Part shown: piece after piece, positions 12,201 through 26,329 of the stretch
Layout: the number at the start of each line of letters is the position of its first letter
How positions within the stretch are numbered: the first letter of the stretch is position 1
NCBI GenBank assembly: GCA_964057225.1
Contig: OZ059900.1
Location: forward strand, 7,626,001 to 7,690,000
Direction of reading: 5' to 3'
Length of the DNA: 64,000 nt
Origin: Auanema rhodensis
Taxonomy: Eukaryota > Animalia > Nematoda
Program-made: the position numbers and the translations under genes
The notes under the pieces: generated by a model
Databases searched by the model: none
What the model saw: only the letters and a program-made list of their open reading frames with translations
Told to the model about the DNA's origin: nothing

Positions 12201-15200
12201 TTCTTCTAAAACGACTAAATGTATGAAATACTGTCATAGAATGTTCATATAGGTGTATTTTGCACGAATATCAAAACTGATTGAAATATGGGCCTTTTTA
12301 TGTTCAAAACGCCATATATTCAACGATTTTGGGTACAAAACATGTGAAAACTGTATGTTTTGATCAGACCCTTTGAGATATGGATTTGAAATTCAGGATT
12401 CATAAACTTTGACTATTTTTACATATATATGTCCAATTTTAACCACTTTGGTCAAAAAGGACCGAAAATATCAAGAATTATTGGTTTTTTGGGGATTGAA
12501 GGGCATTTTGGCAAAATCAGTCAAACTTTTGATCTTAAGCATATTTTTTTCTTCTAAAACGACTAAATGTATGAAATACTGTCAAAGAATGTTCATATAG
12601 GTGTATTTTGCACGAATATCAAAACTGATTGAAATATGGGCCTTTTTATGCTCAAAACGCCATATATTCAACGATTTTGGGTACAAAACATGTGAAAACT
12701 GTATGTTTTGATCAGACCCTTTGAGATATGGATTTGAAATTCAGGATTCATAAACTTTGACTATTTCTACATATATATGTCCAATTTTAACCACTTTGGT
12801 CAAAAAGGCCCGAAAATATCAAGAATTATTGGTTTTTTGGGGTTTGAAGGGCATTTTGGCAAAATCAGTCAAACTTTTGATCTTAAGCATATTTTTTTCT
12901 TCTAAAACGACTAAATGTATGAAATACTGTCAAAGAATGTTCATATAGGTGTATTTTGCACGAATATCAAAACTGATTGAAATATGGGCCTTTTTATGCT
13001 CAAAACGCCATATATTCAACGATTTTGGGTACAAAACATGTGAAAACTGTATGTTTTGATCAGACCCTTTGAGATATGGATTTGAAATTCAGGATTCATA
13101 AACTTTGACTATTTTTACATATATATGTCCAATTTTAACCACTTTGGTCGAAAAGGACCGAAAATATCAAGAATTATTGGTTTTTTGGGGATTGAAGGGC
13201 ATTTTGGCAAAATCAGTCAAACTTTTGATCTTAAGCATATTTTTTTCTTCTAAAACGACTAAATGTATGAAATACTGTCATAGAATGTTCATATAGGTGT
13301 ATTTTGCACGAATATCAAAACTGATTGAAATATGGGCCTTTTTATGTTCAAAACGCCATATATTCAACGATTTTGGGTACAAAACATGTGAAAACTGTAT
13401 GTTTTGATCAGACCCTTTGAGATATGGATTTGAAATTCAGGATTCATAAACTTTGACTATTTTTACATATATATGTCCAATTTTAACCACTTTGGTCAAA
13501 AAGGACCGAAAATATCAAGAATTATTGGTTTTTTGGGGATTGAAGGGCATTTTGGCAAAATCAGTCAAACTTTTGATCTTAAGCATATTTTTTTCTTCTA
13601 AAACGACTAAATGTATGAAATACTGTCAAAGAATGTTCATATAGGTGTATTTTGCACGAATATCAAAACTGATTGAAATATGGGCCTTTTTATGCTCAAA
13701 ACGCCATATATTCAACGATTTTGGGTACAAAACATGTGAAAACTGTATGTTTTGATCAGACCCTTTGAGATATGGATTTGAAATTCAGGATTCATAAACT
13801 TTGACTATTTCTACATATATATGTCCAATTTTAACCACTTTGGTCAAAAAGGCCCGAAAATATCAAGAATTATTGGTTTTTTGGGGTTTGAAGGGCATTT
13901 TGGCAAAATCAGTCAAACTTTTGATCTTAAGCATATTTTTTTCTTCTAAAACGACTAAATGTATGAAATACTGTCAAAGAATGTTCATATAGGTGTATTT
14001 TGCACGAATATCAAAACTGATTGAAATATGGGCCTTTTTATGCTCAAAACGCCATATATTCAACGATTTTGGGTACAAAACATGTGAAAACTGTATGTTT
14101 TGATCAGACCCTTTGAGATATGGATTTGAAATTCAGGATTCATAAACTTTGACTATTTTTACATATATATGTCCAATTTTAACCACTTTGGTCGAAAAGG
14201 ACCGAAAATATCAAGAATTATTGGTTTTTTGGGGATTGAAGGGCATTTTGGCAAAATCAGTCAAACTTTTGATCTTAAGCATATTTTTTTCTTCTAAAAC
14301 GACTAAATGTATGAAATACTGTCATAGAATGTTCATATAGGTGTATTTTGCACGAATATCAAAACTGATTGAAATATGGGCCTTTTTATGCTCAAAACGC
14401 CATATATTCAACGATTTTGGGTACAAAACATGTGAAAACTGTATGTTTTGATCAGACCCTTTGAGATATGGATTTGAAATTCAGGATTCATAAACTTTGA
14501 CTATTTTTACATATATATGTTCAATTTTAACCACTTTGGTCAAAAAGGACCGAAAATATCAAGAATTATTGGTTTTTTGGGGTTTGAAGGGCATTTTGGC
14601 AAAATCAGTCAAACTTTTGAGCTTAAGCATATTTTTTTCTTCTAAAACGACTAAATGTATGAAATACTGTCAAAGAATGTTCATATAGGTGTATTTTGCA
14701 CGAATATCAAAACTGATTGAAATATGGGCCTTTTTATGCTCAAAACGCCATATATTCAACGATTTTGGGTACAAAACATGTGAAAACTGTATGTTTTGAT
14801 CAGACCCTTTGAGATATGGATTTGAAATTCAGGATTCATAAACTTTGACTATTTTTACATATATATGTTCAATTGTAACCACTTTGGTCAAAAAGGACCG
14901 AAAATATCAAGAATTATTGGTTTTTTGGGGTTTGAAGGGCATTTTGGCTAAATCAGTCAAACTTTTGATCTTAAGCATATTTTTTTCTTCTAAAACGACT
15001 AAATGTATGAAATACTGTCATAGAATGTTGATATAGGTGTATTTTGCACGAATATCAAAACTGATTGAAATATGGGCCTTTTTATGCTCAAAACGCCATA
15101 TATTCAACGATTTTGGGTACAAAACATGTGAAAACTGTATGTTTTGATCAGACCCTTTGAGATATGGATTTGGAATTCAGGATTCATAAACTTTGACTAT

Positions 15201-15372
15201 TTTTACATATATATGTTCAATTTTAACCACTTTGGTCAAAAAGGACCGAAAATATCAAGAATTATTGGTTTTTTGGGGTTTGAAGGGCATTTTGGCAAAA
15301 TCAGTCAAACTTTTGATCTTAAGCATATTTTTTTCTTCTAAAACGACTAAATGTATGAAATACTGTCATAGA
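6232..15372. repeat. Tandem duplication of a 13-monomer (4524-bp) higher-order unit, containing an internal 3-mer duplication
   Basis: ORF-track variants match one to one from 6493 onward and 11017 onward. Markers GAACATC 7049/11573, TTGAGCTT (monomers 9973/14497), AATTGTAACC+GTTGATAT (10321/14845) and TTTGGA 10649/15173 are all 4524 bp apart. Confidence 0.92.
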
Positions 15373-18300
15373 TTGTTCATATAGGTGTATTTTGCACGAA
15401 TATCAAAACTGATTGAAATATGGGCCTTTTTATGCTCCAAACGCCATATATTCAACGATTTTGGGTACAAAACATGTGAAAACTGTATGTTTTGATCAGA
15501 CCCTTTGAGATATGGATTTGAAATTCAGGATTCATAAACTTTGACTATTATTACATATATATGTCCAATTTTAACCACTTTGGTCAAAAAGGACCGAAAA
15601 TATCAAGAATTATTGGTTTTTTGGGGTTTAAAGGCCATTTTGGCTAAATCAGTCAAACTTTTGATCTTAAGCATATTTTTTTCTTCTAAAACGACTAAAT
15701 GTATGAAATACTGTCATAGAATGTTCATATAGGTGTATTTTGCACGAATATCAAAACTGATTGAAATATGGGCCTTTTTATGCTCAAAACGCCATATATT
15801 CAACGATTTTGGGTACAAAACATGTGAAAACTGTATGTTTTGATCAGACCCTTTGAGATATGGATTTGAAATTCAGGATTCATAAACTTCGACTATTTCT
15901 ACATATATATGTTCAATTTTAACCACTTTGGTCAAAAAGGACCGAAAATATCAAGAATTATTGGTTTTTTGGGGTTTGAAGGGCATTTTGGCAAAATCAG
16001 TCAAACTTTTGATCTTAAGCATATTTTTTTCTTCTAAAACGACTAAATGTATGAAATACTGTCATAGAATGTTCATATAGGTGTATTTTGCACGAATATC
16101 AAAACTGATTGAAATATGGGCCTTTTTATGCTCAAAACGCCATATATTCAACGATTTTGGGTACAAAACATGTGAAAACTGTATGTTTTGATCAGACCCT
16201 TTGAGATATGGATTTGAAATTCAGGATTCATAAACTTTGACTATTTTTACATATATATGTCCAATTTTAACCACTTTGGTCAAAAAGGACCGAAAATATC
16301 AAGAATTATTGGTTTTTTGGGGTTTGAAGGGCATTTTGGCTAAATCAGTCAAACTTTTGATCTTAAGCATATTTTTTTCTTCAAAAACGACTAAATGTAT
16401 GAAATACTGTCAAAGAATGTTCATATAGGTGTATTTTGCACGAATATCAAAACTGATTGAAATATGGGCCTTTTTATGCTCAAAACGCCATATATTCAAC
16501 GATTTTGGGTACAAAACATGTGAAAACTGTATGTTTTGATCAGACCCTTTGAGATATGGATTTAAAATTCAGGATTCATAAAATTCGACTATTTTTACAT
16601 ATATATGTCCAATTTTAACCACTTTGGTCAAAAAGGACCGAAAATATCAAGAATTATTGGTTTTTTGGGGTTTGAACGGCATTTTGGCAAAATCAGTCAA
16701 ACTTTTGATCTTAAGCATATTTTTTTCTTCTAAAACGACTAAATGTATGAAATACTGTCATAGAATGTTCATATAGGTGTATTTTGCACGAATATCAAAA
16801 CTGATTGAAATATGGGCCTTTTTATGCTCAAAACGCCATATATTCAACGATTTTGGGTACAAAACATGTGAAAACTGTATGTTTTGATCAGACCCTTTGA
16901 GATATGGATTTGAAATTCAGGATTTATAAACTTTGACTATTTTCACATATATATGTCCAATTTTAACCACTTTGGTCAAAAAGGACCGAAAATATCAAGA
17001 ATTATTGGTTTTTTGGGGTTTGAAGGGCATTTTGGCTAAATCAGTCAAACTTTTGATCTTAAGCATATTTTTTTCTTCTAAAACGACTAAATGTATGAAA
17101 TACTGTCAAAGAATGTTCATATAGGTGTATTTTGCACGAATATCAAAACTGATTGAAATATGGGCCTTTTTATGCTCAAAACGCCATATATTCAACGATT
17201 TTGGGTACAAAACATGTGAAAACTGTATGTTTTGATCAGACCCTTTGAGATATGGATTTGAAATTCAGGATTCATAAACTTTGACTATTTTCACATATAT
17301 ATGTCCAATTTTAACCACTTTAGTCAAAAAGGACCGAAAATATCAAGAATTATTGGTTTTTTGGGGTTTGAAGGGCATTTTGGCAAAATCAGTCAAACTT
17401 TTGATCTTAAGCATATTTTTTTCTTCTAAAACGACTAAATGTATGAAATACTGTCATAGAATGTTCATATAGGTGTATTTTGCACGAATATCAAAACTGA
17501 TTGAAATATGGGCCTTTTTATGCTCAAAACGCCATATATTCAACGATTTTGGGTACAAAACATGTGAAAACTGTATGTTTTGATCAGACCCTTTGAGATA
17601 TGGATTTGAAATTCAGGATTCATAAACTTCGACTATTTCTACATATATATGTCCAATTTTAACCACTTTGGTCAAAAAGGACCGAAAATATCAAGAATTA
17701 TTGGTTTTTTGGGGTTTGAAGGGCATTTTGGCAAAATCAGTCAAACTTTTGATCTTAAGCATATTTTTTTCTTCTAAAACGACTAAATGTATGAAATACT
17801 GTCAAAGAATGTTCATATAGGTGTATTTTGCACGAATATCAAAACTGATTGAAATATGGGCCTTTTTATGCTCAAAACGCCATATATTCAACGATTTTGG
17901 GTACAAAACATGTGAAAACTGTATGTTTTGATCAGACCCTTTGAGATATGGATTTGAAATTCAGGATTCATAAAATTCGACTATTTTTACATATATATGT
18001 CCAATTTTAACCACTTTGGTCAAAAAGGACCGAAAATATCAAGAATTATTGGTTTTTTGGGGTTTGAAGGGCATTTTGGCAAAATCAGTCAAACTTTTGA
18101 TCTTAAGCATATTTTTTTCTTCTAAAACGACTAAATGTATGAAATACTGTCATAGAATGTTCATATAGGTGTATTTTGCACGAATATCAAAACTGATTGA
18201 AATATGGGCCTTTTTATGCTCAAAACGCCATATATTCAACGATTTTGGGTACAAAACATGTGAAAACTGTATGTTTTGATCAGAACCTTTGAGATATGGA

Positions 18301-21119
18301 TTTGAAATTCAGGATTCATAAACTTCGACTATTTCTACATATATATGTCCAATTTTAACCACTTTGGTCAAAAAGGACCGAAAATATCAAGAATTATTGG
18401 TTTTTTGGGGTTTGAAGGGCATTTTGGCTAAATCAGTCAAACTTTTGATCTTAAGCATATTTTTTTCTTCTAAAACGACTAAATGAATGAAATACTGTCA
18501 AAGAATGTTCATATAGGTGTATTTTGCACGAATATCAAAACTGATTGAAATATGGGCCTTTTTATGCTCAAAACGCCATATATTCAACGATTTTGGGTAC
18601 AAAACATGTGAAAACTGTATGTTTTGATCAGACCCTTTGAGATATGGATTTGAAATTCAGGATTCATAAACTTTGACTATTTTCACATATATATGTCCAA
18701 TTTTAACCACTTTAGTCAAAAAGGACCGAAAATATCAAGAATTATTGGTTTTTTGGGGTTTGAAGGGCATTTTGGCAAAATCAGTCAAACTTTTGATCTT
18801 AAGCATATTTTTTTCTTCTAAAACGACTAAATGTATGAAATACTGTCATAGAATGTTCATATAGGTGTATTTTGCACGAATATCAAAACTGATTGAAATA
18901 TGGGCCTTTTTATGCTCAAAACGCCATATATTCAACGATTTTGGGTACAAAACATGTGAAAACTGTATGTTTTGATCAGACCCTTTGAGATATGGATTTG
19001 AAATTCAGGATTCATAAACTTTGACTATTTTTACATATATATGTTCAATTTTAACCACTTTGGTCAAAAAGGACCGAAAATATCAAGAATTATTGGTTTT
19101 TTGGGGTTTGAAGGGCATTTTGGCAAAATCAGTCAAACTTTTGATCTTAAGCATATTTTTTTCTTCTAAAACGACTAAATGTATGAAATACTGTCATAGA
19201 ATGTTCATATAGGTGTATTTTGCACGAATATCAAAACTGATTGAAATATGGGCCTTTTTATGCTCAAAACGCCATATATTCAACGATTTTGGGTACAAAA
19301 CATGTGAAAACTGTATGTTTTGATCAGACCCTTTGAGATATGGATTTGAAATTCAGGATTCATAAAATTCGACTATTTTTACATATATATGTCCAATTTT
19401 AACCACTTTGGTCAAAAAGGACCGAAAATATCAAGAATTATTGGTTTTTTGGGGTTTGAAGGGCATTTTGGCAAAATCAGTCAAACTTTTGATCTTAAGC
19501 ATATTTTTTTCTTCTAAAACGACTAAATGTATGAAATACTGTCATAGAATGTTCATATAGGTGTATTTTGCACGAATATCAAAACTGATTGAAATATGGG
19601 CCTTTTTATGCTCAAAACGCCATATATTCAACGATTTTGGGTACAAAACATGTGAAAACTGTATGTTTTGATCAGAACCTTTGAGATATGGATTTGAAAT
19701 TCAGGACTCATAAACTTTGACTATTTTTACATATATATGTCCAATTTCAACCACTTTGGTCAAAAAGGACCGAAAATATCAAGAATTATTGGTTTTTTGG
19801 GGTTTAAAGGGCATTTTGGCTGAATCAGTCAAACTTTTGATCTTAAGCATATTTTTTTCTTCTAAAACGACTAAATGTATGAAATACTGTCAAAGAATGT
19901 TCATATAGGTGTATTTTGCACGAATATCAAAACTGATTGAAATATGGGCCTTTTTATGCTCAAAACGCCATATATTCAACGATTTTGGGTACAAAACATG
20001 TGAAAACTGTATGTTTTGATCAGACCCTTTGAGATATGGATTTGAAATTCAGGATTCATAAAATTCGACTATTTTTACATATATATGTCCAATTTTAACC
20101 ACTTTGGTCAAAAAGGACCGAAAATATCAAGAATTATTGGTTTTTTGGGGTTTGAAGGGCATTTTGGCAAAATCAGTCAAACTTTTGATCTTAAGCATAT
20201 TTTTTTCTTCTAAAACGACTAAATGTATGAAATACTGTCATAGAATGTTCATATAGGTGTATTTTGCACGAATATCAAAACTGATTGAAATATGGGCCTT
20301 TTTATGCTCAAAACGCCATATATTCAACGATTTTGGGTACAAAACATGTGAAAACTGTATGTTTTGATCAGACCCTTTGAGATATGGATTTGAAATTCAG
20401 GACTCATAAACTTTGACTATTTTTACATATATATGTCCAATTTCAACCACTTTGGTCAAAAAGGACCGAAAATATCAAGAATTATTGGTTTTTTGGGGTT
20501 TAAAGGGCATTTTGGCTGAATCAGTCAAACTTTTGATCTTAAGCATATTTTTTTCTTCTAAAACGACTAAATGTATGAAATACTGTCAAAGAATGTTCAT
20601 ATAGGTGTATTTTGCACGAATATCAAAACTGATTGAAATATGGGCCTTTTTATGCTCAAAACGCCATATATTCAACGATTTTGGGTACAAAACATGTGAA
20701 AACTGTATGTTTTGATCAGACCCTTTGAGATATGGATTTGAAATTCAGGATTCATAAAATTCGACTATTTTTACATATATATGTCCAATTTTAACCACTT
20801 TGGTCAAAAAGGACCGAAAATATCAAGAATTATTGGTTTTTTGGGGTTTGAAGGGCATTTTGGCAAAATCAGTCAAACTTTTGATCTTAAGCATATTTTT
20901 TTCTTCTAAAACGACTAAATGTATGAAATACTGTCATAGAATGTTCATATAGGTGTATTTTGCACGAATATCAAAACTGATTGAAATATGGGCCTTTTTA
21001 TGCTCAAAACGCCATATATTCAACGATTTTGGGTACAAAACATGTGAAAACTGTATGTTTTGATCAGAACCTTTGAGATATGGATTTGAAATTCAGGATT
21101 CATAAACTTCGACTATTTC

Positions 21120-24100
21120 TACATATATATGTCCAATTTTAACCACTTTGGTCAAAAAGGACCGAAAATATCAAGAATTATTGGTTTTTTGGGGTTTAAA
21201 GGGCATTTTGGCTGAATCAGTCAAACTTTTGATCTTAAGCATATTTTTTTCTTCTAAAACGACTAAATGTATGAAATACTGTCAAAGAATGTTCATATAG
21301 GTGTATTTTGCACGAATATCAAAACTGATTGAAATATGGGCCTTTTTATGCTCAAAACGCCATATATTCAACGATTTTGGGTACAAAACATGTGAAAACT
21401 GTATGTTTTGATCAGACCCTTTGAGATATGGATTTGAAATTCAGGATTCATAAAATTCGACTATTTTTACATATATATGTCCAATTTTAACCACTTTGGT
21501 CAAAAAGGACCGAAAATATCAAGAATTGTTGGTTTTTTGGGGTTTGAAGGGCATTTTGGCAAAATCAGTCAAACTTTTGATCTTAAGCATATTTTTTTCT
21601 TCTAAAACGACTAAATGTATGAAATACTGTCATAGAATGTTCATATAGGTGTATTTTGCACGAATATCAAAACTGATTGAAATATGGGCCTTTTTATGCT
21701 CAAAACGCCATATATTCAACGATTTTGGGTACAAAACATGTGAAAACTGTATGTTTTGATCAGACCCTTTGAGATATGGATTTGAAATTCAGGATTCATA
21801 AACTTCGACTATTTCTACATATATATGTCCAATTTTAACCACTTTGGTCAAAAAGGACCGAAAATATCAAGAATTATTGGTTTTTTGGGGTTTGAAGGGC
21901 ATTTTGGCTAAATCAGTCAAACTTTTGATCTTAAGCATATTTTTTTCTTCTAAAACGACTAAATGTATGAAATACTGTCAAAGAATGTTCATATAGGTGT
22001 ATTTTGCACGAATATCAAAACTGATTGAAATATGGGCCTTTTTATGCTCAAAACGCCATATATTCAACGATTTTGGGTACAAAACATGTGAAAACTGTAT
22101 GTTTTGATCAGACCCTTTGAGATATGGATTTGAAATTCAGGATTCATAAACTTCGACTATTTCTACATATATAAGTTCAATTTTAACCACTTTGGTCAAA
22201 AAGGACCGAAAATATCAAGAATTATTGGTTTTTTGGGGTTTGAAGGGCATTTTGGCAAAATCAGTCAAACTTTTGATCTTAAGCATATTTTTTTCTTCTA
22301 AAACGACTAAATGTATGAAATACTGTCAAAGAATGTTCATATAGGTGTATTTTGCACGAATATGAAAACTGATTGAAATATGGGCCTTTTTATGCTCAAA
22401 ACGCCATATATTCAACGATTTTGGGTACAAAACATGTGAAAACTGTATGTTTTGATCAGACCCTTTGAGATATGGATTTGAAATTCAGGATTCATAAACT
22501 TTGACTATTTTCACATATATATGTCCAATTTTAACCACTTTAGTCAAAAAGGACCGAAAATATCAAGAATTATTGGTTTTTTGGGGTTTGAAGGGCATTT
22601 TGGCAAAATCAGTCAAACTTTTGATCTTAAGCATATTTTTTTCTTCTAAAACGACTAAATGTATGAAATACTGTCATAGAATGTTCATATAGGTGTATTT
22701 TGCACGAATATCAAAACTGATTGAAATATGGGCCTTTTTATGCTCAAAACGCCATATATTCAACGATTTTGGGTACAAAACATGTGAAAACTGTATGTTT
22801 TGATCAGACCCTTTGAGATATGGATTTGAAATTCAGGATTCATAAACTTTGACTATTTTTACATATATATGTCCAATTTTAACCACTTTGGTCAAAAAGG
22901 ACCGAAAATATCAAGAATTATTGGTTTTTTGGGGTTTGAAGGGCATTTTGGCTAAATCAGTCAAACTTTTGATCTTAAGCATATTTTTTTCTTCTAAAAC
23001 GACTAAATGTATGAAATACTGTCAAAGAATGTTCATATAGGTGTATTTTGCACGAATATCAAAACTGATTGAAATATGGGCCTTTTTATGCTCAAAACGC
23101 CATATATTCAACGATTTTGGGTACAAAACATGTGAAAACTGTATGTTTTGATCAGACCCTTTGAGATATGGATTTGAAATTCAGGATTCATAAACTTTGA
23201 CTATTTTTACATATATATGTCCAATTTTAACCACTTTGGTCAAAAAGGACCGAAAATATCAAGAATTATTGGTTTTTTGGGGTTTGAAGGGCATTTTGGC
23301 TAAATCAGTCAAACTTTTGATCTTAAGCATATTTTTTTCTTCTAAAACGACTAAATGTATGAAATACTGTCAAAGAATGTTCATATAGGTGTATTTTGCA
23401 CGAATATCAAAACTGATTGAAATATGGGCCTTTTTATGCTCAAAACGCCATATATTCAACGATTTTGGGTACAAAACATGTGAAAACTGTATGTTTTGAT
23501 CAGACCCTTTGAGATATGGATTTGAAATTCAGGATTCATAAAACTTTGACTATTTTCACATATATATGTCCAATTTTAACCACTTTGGTCAAAAAGGACC
23601 GAAAATATCAAGAATTATTGGTTTTTTGGGGTTTAAAGGGCATTTTGGCTGAATCAGTCAAACTTTTGATCTTAAGCATATTTTTTTCTTCTAAAACGAC
23701 TAAATGTATGAAATACTGTCAAAGAATGTTCATATAGGTGTATTTTGCACGAATATCAAAACTGATTGAAATATGGGCCTTTTTATGCTCAAAACGCCAT
23801 ATATTCAACGATTTTGGGTACAAAACATGTGAAAACTGTATGTTTTGATCAGACCCTTTGAGATATGGATTTGAAATTCAGGATTCATAAAATTCGACTA
23901 TTTTTACATATATATGTCCAATTTTAACCACTTTGGTCAAAAAGGACCGAAAATATCAAGAATTGTTGGTTTTTTGGGGTTTGAAGGGCATTTTGGCAAA
24001 ATCAGTCAAACTTTTGATCTTAAGCATATTTTTTTCTTCTAAAACGACTAAATGTATGAAATACTGTCATAGAATGTTCATATAGGTGTATTTTGCACGA

Positions 24101-26070
24101 ATATCAAAACTGATTGAAATATGGGCCTTTTTATGCTCAAAACGCCATATATTCAACGATTTTGGGTACAAAACATGTGAAAACTGTATGTTTTGATCAG
24201 ACCCTTTGAGATATGGATTTGAAATTCAGGATTCATAAACTTCGACTATTTCTACATATATATGTCCAATTTTAACCACTTTGGTCAAAAAGGACCGAAA
24301 ATATCAAGAATTATTGGTTTTTTGGGGTTTGAAGGGCATTTTGGCTAAATCAGTCAAACTTTTGATCTTAAGCATATTTTTTTCTTCTAAAACGACTAAA
24401 TGTATGAAATACTGTCAAAGAATGTTCATATAGGTGTATTTTGCACGAATATCAAAACTGATTGAAATATGGGCCTTTTTATGCTCAAAACGCCATATAT
24501 TCAACGATTTTGGGTACAAAACATGTGAAAACTGTATGTTTTGATCAGACCCTTTGAGATATGGATTTGAAATTCAGGATTCATAAACTTCGACTATTTC
24601 TACATATATAAGTTCAATTTTAACCACTTTGGTCAAAAAGGACCGAAAATATCAAGAATTATTGGTTTTTTGGGGTTTGAAGGGCATTTTGGCAAAATCA
24701 GTCAAACTTTTGATCTTAAGCATATTTTTTTCTTCTAAAACGACTAAATGTATGAAATACTGTCAAAGAATGTTCATATAGGTGTATTTTGCACGAATAT
24801 CAAAACTGATTGAAATATGGGCCTTTTTATGCTCAAAACGCCATATATTCAACGATTTTGGGTACAAAACATGTGAAAACTGTATGTTTTGATCAGACCC
24901 TTTGAGATATGGATTTGAAATTCAGGATTCATAAACTTTGACTATTTTCACATATATATGTCCAATTTTAACCACTTTAGTCAAAAAGGACCGAAAATAT
25001 CAAGAATTATTGGTTTTTTGGGGTTTGAAGGGCATTTTGGCAAAATCAGTCAAACTTTTGATCTTAAGCATATTTTTTTCTTCTAAAACGACTAAATGTA
25101 TGAAATACTGTCATAGAATGTTCATATAGGTGTATTTTGCACGAATATCAAAACTGATTGAAATATGGGCCTTTTTATGCTCAAAACGCCATATATTCAA
25201 CGATTTTGGGTACAAAACATGTGAAAACTGTATGTTTTGATCAGACCCTTTGAGATATGGATTTGAAATTCAGGATTCATAAACTTTGACTATTTTTACA
25301 TATATATGTCCAATTTTAACCACTTTGGTCAAAAAGGACCGAAAATATCAAGAATTATTGGTTTTTTGGGGTTTGAAGGGCATTTTGGCTAAATCAGTCA
25401 AACTTTTGATCTTAAGCATATTTTTTTCTTCTAAAACGACTAAATGTATGAAATACTGTCAAAGAATGTTCATATAGGTGTATTTTGCACGAATATCAAA
25501 ACTGATTGAAATATGGGCCTTTTTATGCTCAAAACGCCATATATTCAACGATTTTGGGTACAAAACATGTGAAAACTGTATGTTTTGATCAGACCCTTTG
25601 AGATATGGATTTGAAATTCAGGATTCATAAACTTTGACTATTTTTACATATATATGTCCAATTTTAACCACTTTGGTCAAAAAGGACCGAAAATATCAAG
25701 AATTATTGGTTTTTTGGGGTTTGAAGGGCATTTTGGCTAAATCAGTCAAACTTTTGATCTTAAGCATATTTTTTTCTTCTAAAACGACTAAATGTATGAA
25801 ATACTGTCAAAGAATGTTCATATAGGTGTATTTTGCACGAATATCAAAACTGATTGAAATATGGGCCTTTTTATGCTCAAAACGCCATATATTCAACGAT
25901 TTTGGGTACAAAACATGTGAAAACTGTATGTTTTGATCAGACCCTTTGAGATATGGATTTGAAATTCAGGATTCATAAAACTTTGACTATTTTCACATAT
26001 ATATGTCCAATTTTAACCACTTTGGTCAAAAAGGACCGAAAATATCAAGAATTATTGGTTTTTTGGGGTT
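21120..26070. repeat. Tandem duplication of a 7-monomer (2437-bp) higher-order unit carrying a +A insertion
   Basis: GAATTGTTGG 21528/23965, ATAAGTTC 22174/24611 and the +A CATAAAACTTTG ~23541/~25978 are all 2437 bp apart. One private difference is seen (TATGAAAACT at 22364). Confidence 0.9.
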
Positions 26071-26329
26071 TGAAGGGCATTTTGGCTAAATCAGTCAAAC
26101 TTTTGATCTTAAGCATATTTTTTTCTTCTAAAACGACTAAATGTATGAAATACTGTCATAGAATGTTCATATAGGTGTATTTTGCACGAATATCAAAACT
26201 GATTGAAATATGGGCCTTTTTATGCTCAAAACGCCATATATTCAACAATTTTGGGTACAAAACATGTGAAAACTGTATGTTTTGATCAGACCCTTTGAGA
26301 TATGGATTTAAAATTCAGGATTCATAAAA

